Shown here: piece after piece, positions 10,225-19,600 of the stretch
How positions within the stretch are numbered: position 1 is the stretch's first letter
How the letters are laid out: every line of letters begins with the position of its first letter
Origin: an uncultured virus (IMG/VR IMGVR_UViG_3300046530_000052)
Lineage: Duplodnaviria > Heunggongvirae > Uroviricota > Caudoviricetes
IMG/VR virus record: IMGVR_UViG_3300046530_000052
Span: 1 to 64,000 of that record
Direction: 5' to 3' (one strand)
DNA length: 64,000 bases
Made by a program: the position numbers and the translations under genes
Notes under the pieces: generated by a model
What the model saw: the letters and a program-made list of their open reading frames with translations, nothing else
The model's database searches: none
Told to the model about the DNA's origin: nothing

Positions 10225-10256
10225 TAGACTGTCTTTTTTTTTCGGAGATTTTGGAC

Positions 10257-11378
10257 ATGGCAGGTTTATTGGAAGGACTTGACCTAGGTAAAGACGTAAA
10301 GGCCTTTAAGACCAGTACCAACACTTCAATGCGTTCGGTGCGAGGCAGTACCCTTACGCCTATCAATACCACCACTGCACGTTTGGATGAAGGCGTTGCA
10401 CTGGTTAACCCGAACGACACCACGCTTAAAGATCGGATCACCAACTACCGCGGTCAGTACATTGAGCAGCTGGACGGTGTAATCGGCGCTCTCTCTGGCG
10501 GGTTCCTGAATACCAAGGACATTACCAAGGCGATCAAAGTTGGTCGTGACGGTGTAGTGTTCGACACAAACAATATCCTTAGCGCTGTCAGTACTAAACT
10601 GGGGTTCCCGGTGAGTAGTGAAGCAGGTGCTATGCGTAAGCTGGCGAGCGGACTCAATAAAGAGTTCAACCGCTTGACTGGCTTGAACATCGATCAGCTC
10701 TTGACAGTTGACGGTGAAAAGATTCGTATGGACGGCAACTGGCGTGGGCAGATCGGCGAGAGCTTGCTGGACACGTTGGTGGATTACGCAGGGATCGATG
10801 AGTTCGTCGACGTATCGCTGAAGACCTCCCTGTACAACAACGTGATCTACAACAGCTCGATCTTTGGCATGGCTGACATGTACCAGAGCCTCTGGGATAA
10901 CTACCCGTACGCGGCTACTCGTCAGGATGCGTTTATCGAAGCCATCAACATCATGATCAAGAAAGGCGACGTTATCAGCATCGATAAGGTCATGGGGATG
11001 TTGGATGAGCAGGGTAAGAACAGCCTGTTGAACAAGTACCCTGATTTCATTGAGAAGCTGTTCACTGGCTTTACCTTTGATCAGGGTGCCCTGCCTGAAG
11101 AATACCCGGCTTTGAAAGCCAAGCTCATTGCCATTCTGGAACGGGTAGCGGGTACTCGCTGGATGTATCGTGACACTCAGTTCGGTGAGGCTTATAACCT
11201 AGGTCTGGTTTCCTCTATCAGTCCTGACATGATCACCCTGTTGAGTCCAGTGACTGTTGAAGAGGCGACCAACGAGTACATTCCTCTGCTTGCCTGTAAC
11301 GGGATGTTCAAAGAAGAAAGTGCGTTGGAAGTACTGGATAAATCTTTTGAGAATCCACCGATCGTTTTGATGGGATAA
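10257..11378 (+). CDS. Probable virion structural protein
   Basis: GGAG RBS; ORF convergent with the tail genes, as in phiKZ-like gene order. Confidence 0.6.
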   Translation: MAGLLEGLDLGKDVKAFKTSTNTSMRSVRGSTLTPINTTTARLDEGVALVNPNDTTLKDRITNYRGQYIEQLDGVIGALSGGFLNTKDITKAIKVGRDGVVFDTNNILSAVSTKLGFPVSSEAGAMRKLASGLNKEFNRLTGLNIDQLLTVDGEKIRMDGNWRGQIGESLLDTLVDYAGIDEFVDVSLKTSLYNNVIYNSSIFGMADMYQSLWDNYPYAATRQDAFIEAINIMIKKGDVISIDKVMGMLDEQGKNSLLNKYPDFIEKLFTGFTFDQGALPEEYPALKAKLIAILERVAGTRWMYRDTQFGEAYNLGLVSSISPDMITLLSPVTVEEATNEYIPLLACNGMFKEESALEVLDKSFENPPIVLMG

Positions 11379-11391
11379 CAAACCTTTAGTA

Positions 11392-11424
11392 AACCCTACC
11401 TAGCCTTATGGGCTAGGTAGGGTT
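11392..11424. terminator. Bidirectional hairpin terminator
   Basis: AACCCTACCTAGCC-ttatg-GGCTAGGTAGGGTT. Confidence 0.8.
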
Positions 11425-11443
11425 ATTAATGCAACTTTATTTT

Positions 11444-13609
11444 TCAGCGTGCAAGAGGACGGATGAACAGACGAGACAAGTCACCGATCACACTGTCGTT
11501 CAGCTTAGCTGCAATGTTGTCAGCACGGAAGCTCTGCTCAACACCCAAGATAGCTTGAGAGATCTGACGATTCAAACGAGCGTACTTCAGAACAGTGTCC
11601 AGGTAATCCAAACCGCCGATACGAGAAGCCATGTTAGTCCAAGGACTGTCATCGTTCAGGATGGTGTTAACAACAGCCGCCGGGTTGGTCAAATCCGCAA
11701 TACCGATCGAACGGTCAATTGGAATGGTAACCAACGACTCCAAGTCTACCCAGTTAGCAGTAACCGACAAGTTCAATGGCTTACGGTCACGTGTCCAACC
11801 AGCAGGACCTTCACCAAAGGTAAACTGCATGCTTTCACACATTGCAGTCCGCATGATCTGACGAGACTTGCAGAACACCCTGTGGTAGAAAGGTGTGGTG
11901 TAAGTGGAACCACCTGTGGTGAAACCAGCAACCATGGTTACCAAGATGGAGAACGGAACAAAGATCTTGGTAATGATCTCGAACGGGTGAGCGTAGTTGC
12001 AACGGAAGTTGAACTGGTAGCTTTCCCGGTGAAGACTAGCCGAAGACTCAGCCCAGTGGTTAGGGATCTTGACGTAAGCGTTACCCGCCAATGCCAGAGG
12101 AATGTTCCCGATCACTGTACCGGACAAGGCACCAATAGCACCTTCTTTGATCGTGTTGATAATCCCATCGATCAGAACGTTACCGATGTTACCGCCGGCT
12201 ACGTCGAAACGGAAGTCGTTGGCAGAACGAACCAAGTTGTTGAACTTATCAGCCAATGGCGATGGAGCACTGCTGCTACTGAAGCTGTCAGTAACCGGAC
12301 CACTACCACCTTCACAACGGATAGTAATGGCGTCCATACCACCATGTACCGCCGTGTTAACCAAGTCGAAGATGTCACCCATCCATGTACGGTTGTCTGG
12401 GTTGTCCTCGTAATAGATCTGCTGACCCCCCGCCACGTTAGGATCTGCTCCGGTGGTAGTTCCGGGACGACCTTGTGTTTCATTGGGGTTAGTGCTCGTA
12501 GTGGGTTGAGTGAACTGGTTAGCGGTATCCATACCAGCGTTGCCACCAGTTGTACCACCACCTGCACCCATTGAAGTACCCAGACCACCCAAGCCAGTTT
12601 CAGCGTTGTTGATGTTCTGGTAAGCCTTCTGGTCGAGGTAGGCACTGTCCTGCTCAACGTACAGTCCTTCATCATCACCGCGGTACTTACCAACGGTGTT
12701 CATCTCTTTCTCGATGTAGTCCTGAGAAGGATTGCCAGAGATAACCCCTTGGTCAAAGGTTACTTCTTCAAGGATCTGTCTTGCTCGGTTAAGCTTCTGA
12801 TCTACTGTCTGGATACTTGGGTCGTTATCCATCTCAGCCAAACGGTTCAGCAGTACCCGATGCTTACGAGCACCTTTACCCAAGAAGCGCATCAGGTCGA
12901 ACGTACCATCACTGTTAAACGTATCAGGCGCCAGCTTGTTAAGACTAGCCACACTGTTAGCAGCGTTGTAATCAGGCTTGAGACCGTGCAGCGGGTCTGT
13001 CTGTTCCTGAGTGCGCTTAGGGAGCACTGGGTCGATATAACCCGACTTAACCATCAGGTCGTTCAGTACGCCTGTGGCCGCCATGGTGAAAGCACCCATC
13101 GCGGGCTTAGCAGTCCAGAACTGGTGACGAGGTGATTCAGCCAAGAAAGCAATAAACTGTGTACTGATACTAATCAACTGCATCGGCCAGAATGCAATGG
13201 AACCCAATGCCTGACCCATGTAGAACGCTGGCCCCGGTGCCCGACCTTTGTTAGCAATGATCGCAGCTGTCGGGGAGAACATATTCGTAACGAAGCTGAG
13301 TACCCCTGCAAACTGAGCGGTACACGGAGTAATGGTTACCGTAGTAACGTTGTTCTCGAAGATCTCTTTGTACATGCCACCGAATGAACCCTCTTCACTC
13401 ACCATCAACCGTCCATAACGAGGATCAGTTGCGGGGTCCCATTGAGAAATGGGGTTGAAGTAACGGTTGTCGCCCATGGCACTACTGAATACGTTGAAGT
13501 ACTTATCCCAATCCAATATTTCCAAAATCTGGGTAGGTGCTACACCTCCCGTCAAAAGCCTGAAAGACTTTGTGACAATATCCCGGTCTCTCGTAGATAC
13601 CTTCGCCAT
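11444..13609 (-). CDS. Tail/baseplate-associated structural protein (phiKZ gp182-like, 721 aa)
   Basis: Directly downstream of the tape-measure-like gene; size and synteny fit. Confidence 0.65.
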   Translation of the reverse strand: MAKVSTRDRDIVTKSFRLLTGGVAPTQILEILDWDKYFNVFSSAMGDNRYFNPISQWDPATDPRYGRLMVSEEGSFGGMYKEIFENNVTTVTITPCTAQFAGVLSFVTNMFSPTAAIIANKGRAPGPAFYMGQALGSIAFWPMQLISISTQFIAFLAESPRHQFWTAKPAMGAFTMAATGVLNDLMVKSGYIDPVLPKRTQEQTDPLHGLKPDYNAANSVASLNKLAPDTFNSDGTFDLMRFLGKGARKHRVLLNRLAEMDNDPSIQTVDQKLNRARQILEEVTFDQGVISGNPSQDYIEKEMNTVGKYRGDDEGLYVEQDSAYLDQKAYQNINNAETGLGGLGTSMGAGGGTTGGNAGMDTANQFTQPTTSTNPNETQGRPGTTTGADPNVAGGQQIYYEDNPDNRTWMGDIFDLVNTAVHGGMDAITIRCEGGSGPVTDSFSSSSAPSPLADKFNNLVRSANDFRFDVAGGNIGNVLIDGIINTIKEGAIGALSGTVIGNIPLALAGNAYVKIPNHWAESSASLHRESYQFNFRCNYAHPFEIITKIFVPFSILVTMVAGFTTGGSTYTTPFYHRVFCKSRQIMRTAMCESMQFTFGEGPAGWTRDRKPLNLSVTANWVDLESLVTIPIDRSIGIADLTNPAAVVNTILNDDSPWTNMASRIGGLDYLDTVLKYARLNRQISQAILGVEQSFRADNIAAKLNDSVIGDLSRLFIRPLAR

Positions 13610-13675
13610 AAAAAGAAATCCTTCAGAATGAAAAAGAAAAGAGGGGACGTTACTCCCCTCTTAACACTTACAGCT

Positions 13676-16600
13676 TTAGTTCATCGACACGTACCCATCC
13701 TTGTCACCACCGCCACTACTGCTCTTAGCGATAGTGTTACCTTCTTGAGCTGTCTTGACCAAGATCGCGAGCAACTGTTTAACCTCGTCGTCCGATTTCT
13801 TGTTCTGACCCACTATGTCCTTCAACCCAGACAACAGATCATTAACGACAGAACCGTCATGACCAGCCGCAGCGTTCCGTCGCTGGTTGGCATCGTATCC
13901 TTCCGGAGTCGCCTGAGGTTGCGGACCACGAGGGTCTTTAGGCAGAGGAAGGCCGGTGAGGTTAGGCTTACCTTGGAACTCGTCGTCAGGTTCACCCACA
14001 CCTTCAGGCGCTTTAGGTTCACCCACTGGAGGAGGCGGAGGAGTAGGCATGGTCCTAGGTTGCTGTGGTACCTGTGGCTGTGCAGCTGGTACTTCTGCCG
14101 CAGGCTCGCCAGTAGGAGCAGAACCACCCGGTTGCTGAGTAGGCTGTACCATCCCGCCACCTGCACCCGTTGTATCCTGTCCATTAGGTTGAGTCCCACC
14201 ACTGGCTTGCAAGAACTTCTCAGCAGCCCCAGGTGTTTTAAACCCAGCGTGGATGTGACCACCCGTACCAATCGCAGTCTTCACCATGTACTCGTTAATA
14301 ACCGAATACTCCGACGGCGACAACCCAGCACCACGCATGATCTCGGTAACAATGGCTACAGCGCGCTGACTTCCTTGAGCGCCCATTGTCAACGTAAAAT
14401 CGGCAGCCAACCCTTTAGGGTGCAATCCCTTAGACCCTTTCTCGACATGGTAGCGGTCATTCAGTGCAGTAAAGCGATTGAATCCAGGGACTCGAGACTG
14501 AATGATTTTGCACAACGCTTCCAAGCCAGGGTGATGCGCTCCACCGCCAGTAGTTTCTTCACTCTTGAGAATGAGTCCACTACCAGCACCTGTGTTGGTG
14601 TAGTTCCCCTCGGTACCGTAGTTGGCAAAGTCACTGCCACCTTGAGGAGTACCTGAGTAAGCCCCACCTCCACCGCCAGCAGGACCACCGGTATAAGCAG
14701 GCGCTCCTGTTGCTCCACCGCCGTAGCTAGCCGGGGTCTTCATTTCAGAAGGACCAGTATTCCCGTACATCTCAGTAGGAGTCTGGCTACCCGAGTTCTC
14801 GGCCAAGAACTTATCGTCAGCACCCAAGGTTTTCTCTTGGATCTGTTTCAGATAGTCCATGTACAAGGCGTAACGCTTCTGCATATCCGGGAGTGCATTA
14901 CCTCCGTTCAACCCAGCAGCAGCCTTACCGAAGTCACCGTCCTCAGAGATACCCCGCAACAGCTTGGAGTTCTTAAAGAAGGCAACTGCTACTTGTGCCA
15001 TTACGTTTGGATCGGTACTCAGTAGTTCTGGCTTGTTGACCAGATCAATCCCCAGCTCCTTACCGTACTTCTCGTAGTTGGCTCGGCCAGTGAGTTGTAC
15101 CATCCCTCGACCCCGGTACTTGTAACCATCACCCGGATCTTTGTTACCAAGGGACGCACCTTTACCACCACCGTAAACAGTGTTGGCAATCTCGACCTCA
15201 CCCATCGCGATCAGTTGCTTGGCTTGATCAATGGAGCGCACTTCCTTAAACACTTTCATCAGCTGTTCAGGAGTGGAGTACTTCATATTCTCCACAGTAC
15301 GTTTGTAGCCACCCGTTTCGTAGTTAGTCAAAGCCAACATCTCAGCGATTGCTCGCGGATCTGTAAAGCCCTGCTTCATCATCTCACGGATAACCAACTG
15401 TTCCGCCAGTTTCTTCGGAACAGATACACCACTGTCCTTACCTTGTTGGGCTGTTACACCCGACATGTCCAAGTGATCCGTACTACTATCACCCGACATT
15501 GGTTGGAAGCCAAACTGGTTCTCAGGTGTTTTGAACGCACCATTCAAACCGGAGATGTTGCCAGCTGGAGAACCGTTGGTACTGAACTGCCCACCTCGCA
15601 TTGCATCGGCTCCAGTCTTGAACTGGGACGCATCTTGAGTGTTGGCGTACTTCTCGGTAAACCCACCGCCGGTCTTGTGAGGACTGATGGCATTAGCCCA
15701 TGTTTGTGCGTTCGTTTTCCCTGCTTCCATTTCAGGGTCTTTCAAACGAGCGGTCACAGAGGCTTCGCTCAGGATCTGCAACATCTTGTCGACTTTATCC
15801 GAGCGATCAGGAGACGATCCGTCTTTAAACGGAGCAGCTCTGACATACCAGATACTGGTGATCAAACCAGCACCTACTTCTACCTTCGAATCTACCAGCG
15901 CTTTAGCAATCTCATACCGTGCAGTGACCGAGAGTGATTTCCATACCACACCTGGACGACCTTTACGGTACTTGGCGACTTGGATCATGTAGTTCGTCAA
16001 TACCGGAAGGAAACGGTCTTTGAACCACAGACACCAAGTTGGCGCATAGCCGGGCTCAGTTCGGAATGCATCTTTGAACTGAGGGAAGAGGTCACCAATC
16101 TGACCGGTGAACTCCGCGGCATCCCCGTTAACTTTGAAGTACTGTTCGCAATAGCGTTCGAGCTTAAGCACAGCCTCTACACGCCAAGGGATGTTCTCAT
16201 CGTTACCATAGGCCGCCAAACGGATAGCCGTGAGCATGTCGATCGGACGACCGTCAGGGAGCATGTCCTTGACGAAGATCTCAGCAATGGCAGTACCCGC
16301 TTTGTACGCTTCGTTAAGCTTACCGATTTCACCCTGAACCTCATTCAACCTAGACTCAGCTTTGCTTCTACCAAACCAACCCTCAAATTCAGCATTAGGG
16401 TCACGCAGTTTGGTTTCCAGTCGAACCTTCTCCTGTTGCAGGGCTTCAACGCTAGCCCCTTTAACAGTCTCAACCGCAGCAAGTGGTTCAACACCAGCCA
16501 AACGGTCAGCGGTATCCGAGTTCTCCTTCAACTCAGCCAGATAGTTGTTAACCCGGATGATCGTAGTTTCACGTTCCAGGATTGGGTTTTCAGGATCTAC

Positions 16601-19600
16601 CTTAGCAGTAATGGTGTACGGGAAAGGAACCAACAGACTGATAGCTTCATGAGTCTGCTTAGCCACTCGGTAGACATCACCGTTGCGCAGCTTGTCGTAG
16701 TCTTTGAGAGACTTGATCTTGACGACGTCCAAGCAGGCCATATACGTCATGAATACTGGCTTGAATCGACCGTTAAACCAAGACAGGGCATCACTCACCC
16801 CTTTCTTGTCCGGAATAGTCCCAGTGAGCATTTGAACAACTTTGTCAATGGGAGCACTCTGCGACAGACTAGCCTTACCGTTACCTATCACTACATACTC
16901 GGTCAACATCTCCTCAATTTGCAGAAGCTTCTCAGCCAGATCACCGTTAGGGTCAGAAAGACCGTACTGGGTCATGCGAATCAGGAACTGTCTAGGCTGC
17001 ATGGCTTTAACCAACTGCCAACTCTTGTACATAGTCCCGCCAACAATCGCGGCACCAACAGCAACAGGAGCTGACAACAACCCACCGATCACAGCAGGCA
17101 ATGCACGGAGACCAGCCATCGCCATGGAACCAACCGTTCCACCGCCACCGATACCCATCCACTTGAGTGCAGTCAAGCCCATCTGACCAACGCCAATAGC
17201 AGTAACTGCGTTACCGGCGTAATCCAGAGTCTGACCCATCCCGCTGTCTTTATCGATGTAACCAGCTTCCATCGCTGCGTTAGCCGCGGAGCTGATCCCT
17301 AGACCCAGACCAACCTTACCGAGACCACCGCCCAGACCACCCAGTACCCCACCAGGACCACCACCAATACCACCGGCTTTAATCAAGGCAACGATACCAC
17401 TACCGATAGCACCAATCCCTGTCAGTAGTTTAGGGAACGTCCGTAGACCGAAGGACGCAAAGCTGAACAGAGTGCTCAAGCCTCTCCAGAGGATCCCGCT
17501 GGTGAAGAAGCTAGTCAGTTGCCCAATACCAGTAGCAATGCCACCGATCATGGAGCCTATCATCGCAAAGAGACCTTTAGGACGTTCCTTCTGCTCCTGA
17601 CCTCTTTGTTCACCGAAGCCAAAGTTCTTGGCGATCTCGATGATAGCGTCTTGAACTTCTTCCTCCTTCTTCATGTACTCTTTGTTCTTCTTGTCCGCCA
17701 GCGAGTTCAAACGATCAGGGTCGTTGGTATCAGCCGGTTTATCAGCCTCTTCCCCGTTCATCTCTTTCTGACGGTCTTCATAACGCTTACGGTACTTCTC
17801 CACCTCATCAGCCATGAGCGGGAAGCGCTTCTTCATATCGTCGTAATCCCGCTTGAAGATCCACGTCCGAGGAGGTGCATCATCAGGAGCGTCAGCAGGA
17901 GTGATGATAGGCTTAGGCGGTTCTGCTTCAGGACCCCCTTCCGGAGTAGGAGTCTTGAACGGCATCGGTCCTACGAAATCAGGAGCAGGGGTTTGACGAC
18001 GCAACTTAAGAAGCTTACGACGTGCTACCAGATCTTCTTCCGACTCTTTAGGCGTTCCGTCCATTGCCTCTGGGTTAACAGGAACCGTGATATCACTTTC
18101 CGGTGTAGGGAAAGGACCCGGTGCAGGAGGACCCATGACTGGAGCAGGGATAGGTGCATCAGGATCCGTTGGAGGAACATACCCCTCGTAACCCCAGTGA
18201 CTCAGCAGCAAGTTGTAGATGCGGTCAACCGCACTCACGATAGGGGTGTAGTCAGCCTTCAAGGCTCCCTTCCCTTTGTCCATCGCTTTCTTGGCCCAAG
18301 GCATTGCGTGTTCCTTAGCCTTGTTGAAAAGATCGAGACCCCACTTCTTAGCTACCTGAGCGCCTTTACCCAGTTTGTTGATGTTCAAACCCATCGAGGT
18401 CTTCAGGCCAGCGTCGTACTCTTCTTCCGTAATGAGCACACTGCCATTCTTGTCGTAGACTGCACCAGTGATCTCGTTCCAACCACTGATCGAGACGAAG
18501 TTACCGTCACTGTCTTTGACGTAGTAATGACCTTTACTGAAACGGTTACCGTAGAGGGCAGGTTCACTCTCACCTTCCACGTACACATCCATTTGGTAGA
18601 ACCGCTCAGCGACCTTACCCATCATCCCTTTAATACGACCAACTGGATCAAACCACTTGAAGGCTTTAACCATCAGGTCACGGACTTTACTTAACCCAGC
18701 CAAGAAGACTTCCTTGTTGTCTTCAGTGAAGAGTTTGTTAGCCAAACGTTTAGCACCAATAACGGTGTTGTTCGACAAGTCCATCACAGCGCCTGTGATG
18801 GCATCCCACGTATCAATCGCCTTACCGGTAAGCTGATCGTAGTAATCGCCACGACGGAGCTTCCAGGCCTCCAGGATCGGTATATCAGACCCTTCCTCGT
18901 AAAGGTCTTGGTCATCCATTGCTTTACGAGCCAATGCCATGGAACGGAACTTCCCGTAAGCCATTGCCACTGCAATACCGCCACCTGCAATAGCCGCTGC
19001 TTTAGGGTTGTAGATCGCCATACCAGCCAAACCACCCAACAGTCCACCCAGTACCAGCGGTTCGTGTTTGAGGAGGGTATCCATGCCCTTGTTGAAGATG
19101 TCCTTGAAGCTGGTTTGTTTCAGGCGATCCAGAATCGAGAGCTTCTCAGCCTTGACTTCAGCACTTTCTGTTTCGTCCAACTTATCTTCAGCCGCTACAG
19201 TCTTGGCTTCCAAGATCTTCAACAACGTACCGTTCCGGTCAGTTGCCAAAGTCACCAAGGTTTCCAGCTGAGCGTTAGTACGGTCAATCCGCTCACCCAG
19301 CTTATCGACGTAAGAGCCGATGTTGGTAGAACGGCCGTCCAACAGAGTCGACTTGGTGTTCTCAGCTACCTGATCCATCGAAGCTTTCATAGCCTTCATG
19401 GTTTCCTGGAACTCATCCGGAGCATCAGGACCTGTTACGTCAGGGGTAGGTTTAGGACCTATAGGAGCGACGTCAGCATCAGGGGTAGGGAAAGGGTTGC
19501 CAAAGGAACGCGTGCGGCGGTACGGCTCTGCCTGAGGGTCAGGACGGGTGATACGCTTGTTCGGGTCGTTAACGAACTGTTGGAACAGCTCCCAGACCTT

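Noticed and set aside
13900..19500. Pro-rich and Gly-rich repeats in the giant tail gene as a repeat array
   Set aside because: Protein-level low-complexity linkers with no regular DNA repeat unit or spacers
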